A DNA stretch of 51,165 bases from a virus (lineage: Duplodnaviria; Caudoviricetes): IMG/VR virus record IMGVR_UViG_3300042506_000517, positions 1 to 51,165 of that record, one strand, 5' to 3'. This document shows positions 30,624 through 39,646 of the stretch, piece by piece. Every line of letters begins with the position of its first letter. Within the stretch, counting starts at the first letter, position 1. The position numbers and the translations under genes were made by a program. The notes beneath the pieces are model-generated. The model ran no database searches, was not told the origin of the DNA, and saw only the letters and a program-made list of their open reading frames with translations.

Positions 30624-32107
30624 TACATGTAATATATTTTTATTTTAAATTTGGCTGCGGCTGTCGCATCGAACAGGGTTATGTTTCCAGTTTTGTTAAA
30701 TACGTACCGATTCGCCAGGCCGCTGTAGGGCGACATAAATGTTACGCCTATGTAGGTAGAATTTGACCACTCCCCCATCATATCTGATGCAATAGTACCA
30801 TCACTGAAATCCTGTATAAAAAAGGATTCAGCTGATACTTCATCACCTATTATGTATCCTGTTGCAGAAGAATCATTCGTAATACATGCAAGTTTTACGT
30901 TAGTTAAATATGGTGTTCTACCTAAACCATGACTCGCAGTGTAATAACTATCACTATAATAGTTATTGACGGTCAACGTCGATGTATGTGACTGTACACT
31001 TGCCCCATTATTAGAACTTAAAGCATAACTTGCAGTAACTGCATTGGAAGAACTTAAAGCATAACTTGCACTTCCGTAGAAAGAAACTGCATTAAAATTG
31101 CTTCCACTGTATCCAGTTGCAATAACTTGTCCACTACTACTTACACAAAAAGTAGTGTTTAAACTTGAACTGCCATATCTAACTTCAATTGCTTTACTTA
31201 AATGATATGTTTGTGGATTTGATGCACTGCTGCCACTAAATACTTCAATTGTTAATCGTGAACTGGTATTAATTGTAGATGGGGATACACCTATATTAAA
31301 TGTACCATCTCTAGATAAAGATTGTGCTCCTTTTTCAGGCCAAAAATATAATCCGTTTGATCTTGATTTCATCACATAAGATACAGGCGTAGCTTCACCA
31401 GTAACTTGTTTTGATACAAATTGTGAAGATCCACTATAACTAACTAAATCAATTGTTCCCCTAATATCATATGGAGTTCCTGGTGCAGAATTAGCACCAT
31501 CTGCATTTACAATTAATGCCCAAGAATCTCCAGATGCAGACTGAGCACTTTGTAACATTAAACTACTATTATAGGTACATCTTACTGCTACATATCCTAA
31601 ATCAGAACCAGTAACAAATAAAGCAGGATTTGCTTTTTGTATTTTTAAATCTTGGGTAGATGTAAAATAATTTGGACTTGTTTCAACATAAAATGCATTC
31701 GTTGATCCTAATGTCGTGGAGTTCGTCCAAATAGGTATATAATTAGCTATTCCTGTACCAAACACTGTGCCTGCACTAGAATTTAATGCATAACTAGCAG
31801 TTGTTGCTCTGGAAGAACTTAATGCGTAACTGCTACTATTGGAAAAATCGGAATATGATGAACTAATAGATCTACTTGAACTAATTGCCCAACTACTTGT
31901 GCCTACAAATTGAGGTGATGTACCTATTCCTAAAATTGATCCTGTAAATGATCCCGTAAAACTTCCTGTTGAAAATAGATTTTGTAATTGTGTCAAACTA
32001 GCTCTATAAGTCTTTATAGAACTGCTTTGATCAATTGGAAAAAAATCACTGCCTGTTAAACTGGCAATAGGATCTAATTGACTGATTTTTATACTTGTTG
32101 TTGGCAT
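30623..32107 (-). CDS. tail fibre-like protein
   Basis: KISQL start, GSFTGSF and ASYA repeats, HGLG..P C-terminal domain. Confidence 0.65.
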   Translation of the reverse strand: MPTTSIKISQLDPIASLTGSDFFPIDQSSSIKTYRASLTQLQNLFSTGSFTGSFTGSILGIGTSPQFVGTSSWAISSSRSISSSYSDFSNSSSYALSSSRATTASYALNSSAGTVFGTGIANYIPIWTNSTTLGSTNAFYVETSPNYFTSTQDLKIQKANPALFVTGSDLGYVAVRCTYNSSLMLQSAQSASGDSWALIVNADGANSAPGTPYDIRGTIDLVSYSGSSQFVSKQVTGEATPVSYVMKSRSNGLYFWPEKGAQSLSRDGTFNIGVSPSTINTSSRLTIEVFSGSSASNPQTYHLSKAIEVRYGSSSLNTTFCVSSSGQVIATGYSGSNFNAVSFYGSASYALSSSNAVTASYALSSNNGASVQSHTSTLTVNNYYSDSYYTASHGLGRTPYLTNVKLACITNDSSATGYIIGDEVSAESFFIQDFSDGTIASDMMGEWSNSTYIGVTFMSPYSGLANRYVFNKTGNITLFDATAAAKFKIKIYYM

Positions 32108-32110
32108 ATT

Positions 32111-33220
32111 TTATTTCCAAGTTCTAATTTTAATATTCCATTTTGTGGGGTCTATAGATATACGACCACCTGTTTTGTTATGCGCATATACACCTGATGG
32201 ACTAGCCCAGGATACAGCCGCAGCAGTTGAATTTGACCAAATCGTTGAAATTGGACGTTCATCATCAGAGCCGCCTGTGTCATCATGTATTTGTTCAACA
32301 CTAATTTCATCATTTGCTATATATAATGAATCTGGAATTTGACATATTAATGTCACTCTAACTAAAGAAGGCGAAGAACCAAAACCATGATTAATAAAAT
32401 AGTAACTATTTAAATACGAATTTAGTGTTGAAGGACTCACTGATGATTGAAAAATGCTAGAATCTAAACCAGCAAAACCAGAACCACCAAGAGTACCTGC
32501 TGCTGTTGCAGCATATGTTGCATGACTAGATGACAACGAATAACTTGCGGATAAAGAATAACTGGCCGATCTTGCATTGGAAGATGAAACAGAAAAACTT
32601 GCGGTGCCAAAATATCCAACATCATTTGTTATGCTAGAACTAAATGTTGTAGAAGATACATTTCCAACTACTGTTAATTTATTATTATTGGTTGTATCCC
32701 ACGAAAGATTTGAATTTCCTCCAAATGTTCCTGCGAAGGAATTAAATTGTACATTTCCAGTTGCACCACCAGGAGATGTTGTAGTACTTAAAGCAGAAAT
32801 TAACAATACATTATTATCAGATGAATCGGTGATGATTTGTATATTTGTTCCCTGTCCAAGTTTTTTAAACCGTAAATCTACTCCTACTTTATTTGATACC
32901 AATCCATATCCATATGAACCAGTATCTGATGCAGTATTGGCTTCTCCTGTTCCACCTGTCACTGAATCTGCAACTAAAGCATTAATTGCCCAACTGCTTG
33001 TTCCCAATAAACTGCCAGTAAATGAACCTGTAAAACTGCCAGTATAATTACCATTAAAAATAGATGCGGACTTTGCATTAAATGCATAGTCCGCAATATC
33101 TATTGCAGTAATTTTTTTAGTTTCTTGCGCAGCAATATCTGTAATAAACAACAAGTCATTTGATTGAACTTGTGAATCAGTATAAGCAGCTAAATCAGTA
33201 ATTTTCTTACTATTGGACAT
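32111..33220 (-). CDS. tail fibre-like protein, paralog of 30623..32107
   Basis: KITDL start, GSFTGSF, SASY repeats, HGFG..P..V...L.C domain. Confidence 0.65.
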   Translation of the reverse strand: MSNSKKITDLAAYTDSQVQSNDLLFITDIAAQETKKITAIDIADYAFNAKSASIFNGNYTGSFTGSFTGSLLGTSSWAINALVADSVTGGTGEANTASDTGSYGYGLVSNKVGVDLRFKKLGQGTNIQIITDSSDNNVLLISALSTTTSPGGATGNVQFNSFAGTFGGNSNLSWDTTNNNKLTVVGNVSSTTFSSSITNDVGYFGTASFSVSSSNARSASYSLSASYSLSSSHATYAATAAGTLGGSGFAGLDSSIFQSSVSPSTLNSYLNSYYFINHGFGSSPSLVRVTLICQIPDSLYIANDEISVEQIHDDTGGSDDERPISTIWSNSTAAAVSWASPSGVYAHNKTGGRISIDPTKWNIKIRTWK

Positions 33221-33242
33221 ATATCTTTAATAGATATATATA

Positions 33243-34034
33243 TCATTGTGGTTTAACATTTTTTAATTTTTTAACGATATATTTTACTAAACCACTTCTA
33301 ACAATGTCTTCTTCAGTAAATTTAAATGTATAAATACCATTTTCTTTACTTTCCACATCATCAAAAGCATTCATTATCTTCATAAAACCACTTTTACCGT
33401 TAATATCACTTTGATCTGGATCACCCAATATAAACACTTTGCTGAATTCACCTACTCTTGTAATCAATGTAGTTATTTCTTTTACAGTCATATTTTGTGC
33501 TTCATCAGCAACAATACATTTAGCATTCCAGTTCAATCCTCTTAAAAATCCAAGGGGAATACTATCCAAACGATTTTCTTTTTGTAAAGTTTCAATATCT
33601 CTATTTGGTAGTAATTCTGCTAATTTTTCCAATAATGGTTGAATATAAGGTGCCATCTTTTCATCCGCTTCACCAGGTAAAAACCCAATTTTACTATCCG
33701 CACTTTCAACTGCACTTCTAATGTAAAGCAAATCACTTACCTTCTTTTGATTCAATAATTTTAAAGCACTATATATGGTAATATAAGTTTTACTTGTACC
33801 CGCTGGACCACTAACAAATACCATTTTGGTATCTTTATTTAAAGCTATATTTACAAATTCTTTTTGTTTTTCTGTCAATTCTCTTTCAAATATTGACAAT
33901 TCATGTTTTAATTTTGATTTTTGATATACAATCGGACTAGTATCTTGTTTGGGTTCATTACTATGATATTCAATATTATTTTTAATGTTTGAATTATCAC
34001 TTTTGCTTTTTTGAAGGTTTTTCTTTTTTTTCAT
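33243..34034 (-). CDS. phoH: PhoH-family ATPase
   Basis: GPAGTSKT, IGFLPG, FLRG, DEAQN, TRVGE, GDPDQSD, DIVRS. Confidence 0.95.
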   Translation of the reverse strand: MKKKKNLQKSKSDNSNIKNNIEYHSNEPKQDTSPIVYQKSKLKHELSIFERELTEKQKEFVNIALNKDTKMVFVSGPAGTSKTYITIYSALKLLNQKKVSDLLYIRSAVESADSKIGFLPGEADEKMAPYIQPLLEKLAELLPNRDIETLQKENRLDSIPLGFLRGLNWNAKCIVADEAQNMTVKEITTLITRVGEFSKVFILGDPDQSDINGKSGFMKIMNAFDDVESKENGIYTFKFTEEDIVRSGLVKYIVKKLKNVKPQ

Positions 34035-34353
34035 GAGTAATTTTATCTAAGATTGAATTCAATTTACTTTCAACAGATTTAACCCGTATACATAACTCAT
34101 ATTGTTCCTTTTCAATATAGTAACTGTAAACATTATCCAAATTTTCTTTAAATTGATTGGTTGGTAATGTTACAACAAAGTCAGAATTCTTAAAACTAAA
34201 TATTTCAACAAAACTTAACTTTTTATCAATTGCGTATTCAATTGACGCAACTATGTGTTCCATCAATTGAATTTTATTGACTTCAATAAACTTATTCATT
34301 TCATTGAAATTCGAAGGTAACGTATATAATTTATGTTTGGATGCTTTTGGCAT
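33997..34353 (-). CDS. hypothetical protein
   Basis: 118 aa; EQYELC (UVR-like) motif. Confidence 0.6.
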   Translation of the reverse strand: MPKASKHKLYTLPSNFNEMNKFIEVNKIQLMEHIVASIEYAIDKKLSFVEIFSFKNSDFVVTLPTNQFKENLDNVYSYYIEKEQYELCIRVKSVESKLNSILDKITHEKKEKPSKKQK

Positions 34354-34389
34354 ACAGATATAAATATCAAAAAGATTGTTACAAAAAAC

Positions 34390-34422
34390 AAAAAACGCTA
34401 TTAAATTTATTTTAATAGCGTT
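34390..34422 (-). terminator. intrinsic terminator
   Basis: AACGCTATTAAA...TTTAATAGCGTT inverted repeat, T run on minus strand. Confidence 0.7.
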
Positions 34423-34446
34423 ACATCAATTTACTATTTTAGTGTT

Positions 34447-34677
34447 TTACAATACTTTATGTCTTGTTTCGTTATACTCAACTAACTCAATTCTAGTACC
34501 ATCAGGCCACTTTTTGATAATGCCATTCCAATGATCAAATTCAGTCTTTGCATCATTTTTATTAACATACACCAACTCACTAACTCGCAGCCCATTTCGT
34601 GTAATTACATAAAACTTTTCTTCTGTAATTACAAGACTATCCACACTATTTTCTTTTTTATCAGTCTTTTTAGACAT
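34447..34677 (-). CDS. hypothetical protein
   Basis: 76-aa ORF in consistent orientation. Confidence 0.55.
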   Translation of the reverse strand: MSKKTDKKENSVDSLVITEEKFYVITRNGLRVSELVYVNKNDAKTEFDHWNGIIKKWPDGTRIELVEYNETRHKVL

Positions 34678-34748
34678 ATTAACTATATAGTTTAATTGTT
34701 ATTATTTGGTTTTATTTACAAATTTATGATAACCAATCATAAATTAAA

Positions 34749-34946
34749 TCACTCGTCATCACCTTCAATGTCTTTGGATGACGCTAACGGAATCGTACTT
34801 GTTTCTTCAACAATCGCTTTAATTTCACTTTCAATTTCCCTCATCTTATCCTTATAACCCGCAGCTACATCCTTAAAATCTTTCTTTACAAAGATTAACT
34901 TTTCCGTCAACTCATACACTTTCTTTTCTGCTTCTTGTTTTGTCAT
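34749..34946 (-). CDS. hypothetical coiled-coil protein
   Basis: 65-aa ORF. Confidence 0.55.
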   Translation of the reverse strand: MTKQEAEKKVYELTEKLIFVKKDFKDVAAGYKDKMREIESEIKAIVEETSTIPLASSKDIEGDDE

Positions 34947-34986
34947 ATACTATTTTTTACTATTTGTTTTTGTTTATCACCTAAAT

Positions 34987-35368
34987 TGGTGGACATAAAG
35001 GGAGTCGAACCCTTGTCTTTAAGACCTTATCATAATTAGACTACGTGTGTATACATTTTTTAGTTGTTAAAAACAATTATATTAAATATAAAAACTAATT
35101 GTTCTAAAGATTTACAAAATACTCAATCAACAACGCAAATCAAATTGTTGATATAGCCTGATATTTTACACCCAATATAATTATCAGACATCATTATATT
35201 GAATGCGCAACCTTAAGCTGCCAATGCTACTGCTTCACGGGAGGTGAAGTTATAGCTAATTACATTATCTTCTGCAGTTAATGTTTTGATAGAAATTTTA
35301 AGAGGCCAACTATCATCCTCTACACGCCTAACTAATCAATTATCTTAAATCGATACCAGTATATGCCC
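34987..35368 (-). ncRNA. ssrA: tmRNA; tag reading frame AEDNVISYNFTSREAVALAA* at 35213..35275
   Basis: 5' GGGCATA pairs with 3' TATGTCC-ACCA with G3.U; T arm GGGTTCGACTCCC; GCA resume codon after TAACT; tag ends in LAA. Confidence 0.92.
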
Positions 35369-35376
35369 ATAAATTC

Positions 35377-35628
35377 TCAAAGATCAAAAAATTCTTTATA
35401 AGATATTGTTTCATCCAACCCAAGTTCTCGTCTCATATTAGCAAATAACTCTTTGCCTCTTTCAACTGAAACCGGCTGTTTTAACTCTTCTCTTTTAATA
35501 TCTTTAATAGTATTCTGTATTTCACCACGAATTCTATTAGATTCGTGTGGATTATTACTATCATCCGCTTTATCTAAAGCATCTTGTAATTCTTTTAACT
35601 TATTTTTTAAATCTTGCAATTTCTTCAT
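35377..35628 (-). CDS. hypothetical protein
   Basis: 83 aa, TATTTATA 3 nt upstream. Confidence 0.6.
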   Translation of the reverse strand: MKKLQDLKNKLKELQDALDKADDSNNPHESNRIRGEIQNTIKDIKREELKQPVSVERGKELFANMRRELGLDETISYKEFFDL

Positions 35629-35659
35629 TCTTATAAATATATAAGAAATATTCTAAAAG

Positions 35660-35733
35660 TGGAGCGGGTAGAGGGAATCGAACCCTCACATCAACCTTGG
35701 CAAGGTCGAAGGCTACCACTACATCATACCCGC
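35660..35733 (-). tRNA. tRNA-Gly(GCC)
   Basis: Cloverleaf, loop TTGCCAA, encoded CCA. Confidence 0.92.
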
Positions 35734-35740
35734 TTTAAAA

Positions 35741-35815
35741 TGGTGGACCGTAAGAGAATCGAACTCTTCCCTAAAGCTTGCAAAGCTCCCGTGCTACCAC
35801 TATCACTAACAGCCC
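35741..35815 (-). tRNA. tRNA-Ala(TGC)
   Basis: Loop TTTGCAA, G3.U70, CCA. Confidence 0.9.
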
Positions 35816-35823
35816 ATTTAAAA

Positions 35824-35852
35824 ATCTTACACCAATATATAGTGTTTGTCAA
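35824..35852 (-). promoter_or_regulatory. sigma70-type promoter
   Basis: TTGACA-17-TAAGAT just upstream of tRNA-Ala. Confidence 0.65.
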
Positions 35853-35861
35853 ATCAAAAAA

Positions 35862-35947
35862 CGGCGCAAACTACGGGAATCGAACCCATCACCGCTGATA
35901 ACTTAAGTTCAATCCTAAGCCAACGTTCTCACCAGATTGCAGCTAGC
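35862..35947 (-). ncRNA. tRNA-like RNA with extended anticodon arm, ending in CCG
   Basis: T arm GGGTTCGATTCCC, imperfect acceptor stem, CGTTG/CAGCG stem enclosing 23 nt. Confidence 0.55.
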
Positions 35948-35955
35948 ATATAAAA

Positions 35956-36031
35956 TGGTCGGGATGGAGAATTTTGCAATCTCAACCTCCTGTCTCCAAA
36001 ACAGGCCGTCTACTTTTGACATTACATCCCG
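35956..36031 (-). tRNA. tRNA-Pro(TGG), atypical T loop
   Basis: C1:G72, A73, loop TTTGGAG, CCA. Confidence 0.85.
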
Positions 36032-36038
36032 ATTAAAA

Positions 36039-36112
36039 TGGTTGGGGATGATGGAATCGAACCACCACAAGCAGATTCAAAGTCTGCCGCACTACCATTA
36101 TGCAAATCCCCA
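36039..36112 (-). tRNA. tRNA-Gln(TTG)
   Basis: Loop CTTTGAA, U1:A72, CCA. Confidence 0.92.
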
Positions 36113-36123
36113 GTTACTAAAAA

Positions 36124-36199
36124 TGGAGCGTGTGGTGAGGTTTGAACTCACGACATCAAGTTTGGAAAACTCGTACTCTACCAACTGAGTTACACACGC
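36124..36199 (-). tRNA. tRNA-Gly(TCC)
   Basis: Loop TTTCCAA, CCA. Confidence 0.92.
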
Positions 36200-36205
36200 A
36201 AAAAA

Positions 36206-36297
36206 TGGCGGTGAGGGAGGGATTCGAACCCTCGGTGGCTTTTAAGGACCACAACAGTTTAGCAAACTATCTCTTTAGACCGCTCAGACACCTCACC
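36206..36297 (-). tRNA. tRNA-Ser(GCT)
   Basis: Loop TTGCTAA, long variable arm, G73, CCA. Confidence 0.92.
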
Positions 36298-36380
36298 GTA
36301 AAATTTTGACAATCTCTGATTTCTTCATGGGACGATATTATCAGTCCTCAGTTCCAATGTCAAGTGGAGTTGTATTAAAA

Positions 36381-36467
36381 TGGCGGAAGCAACAGGAATC
36401 GAACCTGTGAGGGTTTATGGCCCCAGCTGTTTTCAAGACAGTTTCCTCGACCTACCGGACTACTTCC
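36381..36467 (-). tRNA. tRNA-Ser(TGA)
   Basis: Loop CTTGAAA, long variable arm, G73, CCA. Confidence 0.9.
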
Positions 36468-36482
36468 ATATAAATTAAAAAT

Positions 36483-36567
36483 TGGTGGGCATAGAGGGAC
36501 TTGAACCCCCACGGATTGCTCCCCGAGCTTCTAAGACTCGTGCGGCTGCCAATTACGCCATATGCCC
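36483..36567 (-). tRNA. tRNA-Leu(TAG)
   Basis: Loop CTTAGAA, variable arm, CCA. Confidence 0.92.
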
Positions 36568-36574
36568 AATAAAA

Positions 36575-36648
36575 TGGTCGGCCACGTCAGAATTGAACTG
36601 ACTCCACATGAACCCAAATCATGTATGCTACCGTAACACTTGTGACCG
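36575..36648 (-). tRNA. tRNA-Pro(TGG)
   Basis: C1:G72, loop TTTGGGT, CCA. Confidence 0.88.
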
Positions 36649-36655
36649 ATTAAAA

Positions 36656-36731
36656 TGGTAGGTGGTATAGGATTTAAACCTATGACATTTTGCGTGTAAA
36701 GCAAATGCTCTATCAACTGAGCTAACCACCC
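36656..36731 (-). tRNA. tRNA-Val(TAC)
   Basis: Loop TTTACAC, CCA. Confidence 0.88.
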
Positions 36732-36752
36732 ATTTAAAAATTGTTATATACT

Positions 36753-36859
36753 TTATGTCATTATCGCCAGATGGGTTCTGTATTTCAGCATAACACCCAG
36801 TGACCGATCAAATGTTTTAACTTATGTTGGGGACATCAGATAGAGTTTCAACCCCGTTC
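36753..36859 (-). ncRNA. unidentified structured RNA, copy 1 (head of tRNA array A)
   Basis: Homologous to 46556..46681 with 26-nt and 16-nt identical blocks and covarying stems. Confidence 0.7.
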
Positions 36860-36907
36860 GTTATATTTCTAATTTACCATACTTCGTCAAATTGTCAACC
36901 ACTAAAA

Positions 36908-36943
36908 TCAAAAACCCATCATTCTTTTTAAGAGTGACGGGTT
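36908..36943 (-). terminator. intrinsic terminator of attenuator A
   Basis: AACCCGTCA-CTCTT-AAA-AAGAA-TGATGGGTT followed by T-rich run. Confidence 0.75.
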
Positions 36944-36970
36944 GTATATTTTTAGCAAACAACCTCGTAC

Positions 36971-37024
36971 TCAACTTCCTGATGGGAGTTGACTGGCTTG
37001 ACTAGGTTGTGAAATTAAATTCAT
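36971..37024 (-). CDS. putative leader peptide A, MNLISQPSQASQLPSGS
   Basis: 17-codon ORF directly upstream of overlapping hairpins and terminator; residues match tRNA array A. Confidence 0.7.
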   Translation of the reverse strand: MNLISQPSQASQLPSGS

Positions 37025-37067
37025 ATTCTTACTAATATATAGTGTTTGAAATTGAAAATCAATAAAA

Positions 37068-38435
37068 TTATTTACATTTGAATAGATTTTTAATTTTTTC
37101 AGTTACCGTTTTTTGTTTAACTACTGGTTCGGGTTTATATGCGTTAGTGTTGTTGAGTAATTTAATTTCATTAATTACTGGCTCATTAGGTACTGGTCCA
37201 TATGGAACTGAATTGCCATAAGTGTTACTCATTGGCCACCATCCGCCTAAATTTTTCAATAAATTATCGGGTGATACATTAATATTATTTTCTTCTATAA
37301 CAATATTTTTAAATATAGATGATAGGTCAGGTAAATCTCTATCCATACTATATGCTAAAAACACTCCATCCCAAGCAGCATATTTTCCTGGTTTCCACTT
37401 CCATGTTCCTTTACCAGTTGTTACTACATTATTATTCAATACAACTAAATTGTGATGATATGCATAATTTACCGCCCACCATTCATTGCCATATTGTCTC
37501 ACATAATTCTGCGCACTTAATCTAATAAAACATGGAACATTAATTGCACTGTTTTGTTCTACGATAGTATCAATATTTTTTCCTGTATCAACATAATAAC
37601 ACATTCCTTCAAATCCATCAAAATTATTATGTCTTATCAAAGCTCCTTTTGTATTAGCAACACTAATACCAGCCAACCCTGAAAATTGAGTTTTACCTGC
37701 GTCACCCCTAAATGTACATTGTTCAACCGTACAACCAGTTGCAAATATTTTACCGGCTAAATTTCCACCTACTTGAACATGTACAATTTGTTCAGTATCA
37801 TATTCTGGATATCTATTGTTTCTGCCCGGTGAATGAAAATCACATCTTCTTACAGATGTTCCTTTTGAACCATCCTTAGAATTCTTTGATAACAATGATA
37901 TAATAATAAATGATGTAGCATTGTCTTTACCCACATTGAATCCTTTAAATTCACAATCTTCATATAGTGTATTACTACCAAATGTGGTACAACCTGCAGT
38001 TGTCAATTCATTGCCTTTAGCTTCATTTATTTCATCATAGTTACCGTCAAACGTTATACCTTTAAATACAATATCCTTACAATCAACACGACCATCACCA
38101 CCAGGACCAACGGCTTGAACCATTATTAATTGATTGCCATTAACTGCCAAATCTTTTCTACCACTCAAATGTTTGGATAATTTTAAAATTGTTTTACCTT
38201 TACCTTTTCCAATTATTGTAACACCACTTTCATTTTGTTTTGGATTAAACCCCCACAAAATACCACTTTTTAATACCTTTTCTGGATCTGTTTCACCGAT
38301 TCCTTCTCCTCCAATATAATATGTACCTTCATCAAGTTCACATTTATTGTTTTCCATTATACACTTATTGATTGCATATGCGGAGTTTACTTTTATATCA
38401 TTTGATTTTGCACCGTATTGTTCTGGTTTACTCAT
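37068..38435 (-). CDS. right-handed beta-helix (pectate lyase-like) protein; start likely MSKPEQ
   Basis: YGAK...N..AI...GTY, TIIGKG...TIL, ITFDGN, repeated xCxF turns; AAGGA SD-like sequence upstream of this ATG. Confidence 0.7.
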   Translation of the reverse strand: MSKPEQYGAKSNDIKVNSAYAINKCIMENNKCELDEGTYYIGGEGIGETDPEKVLKSGILWGFNPKQNESGVTIIGKGKGKTILKLSKHLSGRKDLAVNGNQLIMVQAVGPGGDGRVDCKDIVFKGITFDGNYDEINEAKGNELTTAGCTTFGSNTLYEDCEFKGFNVGKDNATSFIIISLLSKNSKDGSKGTSVRRCDFHSPGRNNRYPEYDTEQIVHVQVGGNLAGKIFATGCTVEQCTFRGDAGKTQFSGLAGISVANTKGALIRHNNFDGFEGMCYYVDTGKNIDTIVEQNSAINVPCFIRLSAQNYVRQYGNEWWAVNYAYHHNLVVLNNNVVTTGKGTWKWKPGKYAAWDGVFLAYSMDRDLPDLSSIFKNIVIEENNINVSPDNLLKNLGGWWPMSNTYGNSVPYGPVPNEPVINEIKLLNNTNAYKPEPVVKQKTVTEKIKNLFKCK

Positions 38436-38507
38436 ATATTTTTCCTTTTGTATAAACGAAAAACCTGTCATTTGATGACAGGTTTACAATTAATATTTTT
38501 CTTTTTA

Positions 38508-38648
38508 TTATTTACTACCACTTGGTCTCGGAGTCCCAGTTGGCTTTGGTGTGCCTGTTGGCTTTGGTGTGCCTGTTGGTTTTGGTGTGCCTGTTGGTTT
38601 TGGAGTTGAATTAGGAGTCCCAGTTGGTTTAGGTGTTGGTGTTGGCAT
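38508..38648 (-). CDS. 46-aa (TPKPTG)n repeat peptide (frame differs from ORF track)
   Basis: MPTPTPKPTGTPNSTPKPTGTPKPTGTPKPTGTPKPTGTPRPSGSK; repeat variation is synonymous in this frame. Confidence 0.7.
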   Translation of the reverse strand: MPTPTPKPTGTPNSTPKPTGTPKPTGTPKPTGTPKPTGTPRPSGSK

Positions 38649-38692
38649 AAATTATATATTTCTTTCTTCAAATATACATATATTGTACAAAT

Positions 38693-38724
38693 AAAAAACC
38701 GTTAACTTTTTACAGTTAACGGTT
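38693..38724 (-). terminator. intrinsic terminator after outer-membrane protein gene
   Basis: AACCGTTAACT...AGTTAACGGTT plus T run. Confidence 0.8.
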
Positions 38725-38749
38725 GTAATACTTTATTTTAATTTAAGAA

Positions 38750-39436
38750 TCAGAATGTATACTTAACACCTGCGGAATATAGAACTTCAGCAGTCAATTC
38801 TTCAGTAGCAAAACGGTATTTAGCAGTACTAAAGTTGTTGTCAATTACACCAACTTCAAGATATGGTACAAAATTGCCAATTGGACGAGATACATTCAAC
38901 TTGGCAGTAACAGCATCATAACGTTCAAACTTAACGAGTTCTGCAGCTGGAGTTGCATTAAACCCAAATGGTAGTGCAAATGTACGATACACACCAACAC
39001 CAGCACCAGCTTGTTCTAGGTTAATATCATAAGCACCACGAACATATGGTGTTACCCATTTATTCTGTGCTTCCAACTTTACACCAAATTCTGTGGAATT
39101 CTTAATGCCAAATCCACCTGCTTGATGACGAGTTGCAGTCGCATCCAATCGCAATGTCAACCATTCAAAGGTCTTAATACCCTTACCTGTACCAACTGTC
39201 CAATGTGATTGATCTACACCGTCCTTTGGCAACAACACACCACTAACATATACATCAGCATACTTTAGTGACTTTACTGCGGCAAAACCTGCATAAGCAG
39301 TACCTTCTGCACGACTTACACCGTTAACGATGTATTGGTTATTATAACCTGCATCAAATGTCAATGATGATGCGTCTTCTGCGGTTGCGGATGATGCTGC
39401 AAAAAGAGCAGCCAATACTAATACTAGTTTCTTCAT
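38750..39436 (-). CDS. outer-membrane beta-barrel protein
   Basis: Sec signal peptide (ATA-E), alternating amphipathic strands, C-terminal AGVKYTF beta-signal. Confidence 0.8.
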   Translation of the reverse strand: MKKLVLVLAALFAASSATAEDASSLTFDAGYNNQYIVNGVSRAEGTAYAGFAAVKSLKYADVYVSGVLLPKDGVDQSHWTVGTGKGIKTFEWLTLRLDATATRHQAGGFGIKNSTEFGVKLEAQNKWVTPYVRGAYDINLEQAGAGVGVYRTFALPFGFNATPAAELVKFERYDAVTAKLNVSRPIGNFVPYLEVGVIDNNFSTAKYRFATEELTAEVLYSAGVKYTF

Positions 39437-39646
39437 ATTTATTTTATTTTAACTTTCTTGTTTCTGTTTAACCGATAAACTTCACTCAAAGTTTATTCAC
39501 TCAACTTATTCATCATACATCGATCTTCAAAAATATCAACTTATTATATAATGTCAGTCTAAAAATAAATATTGAATTCATTTTATAAAAATTAATAATA
39601 ATTTCTACACAATATATATCTATATATAAAAAACTATTTTACGCTT

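Noticed and set aside
36305-36375. Small structured RNA or mini-ORF between the two Ser tRNAs
   Set aside because: Equally explained by an internal promoter TTGACA-17-TAATAT; hairpins are short, so not called
36381-36567. Suppressor tRNAs or stop-codon recoding (anticodons TGA, TAG)
   Set aside because: These anticodons read TCA (Ser) and CTA (Leu); no CTA, TCA or TTA anticodon was found, and genes are intact in the standard code
35614-36716. Short ORFs over tRNA array A (similar ones at 44601..45833)
   Set aside because: They overlap clear tRNA genes
36828-36856. Hammerhead ribozyme (GAAAC and CTGATG present)
   Set aside because: Only 5 nt separate the motifs, leaving no room for stems I and III; copy 2 has CTGTTG
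38418-38671. ORF-track proteins 38468..38671 (-) and 38418..38609 (+)
   Set aside because: Wrong frames of the TPKPTG repeat; variation is synonymous in the 38508..38648 frame
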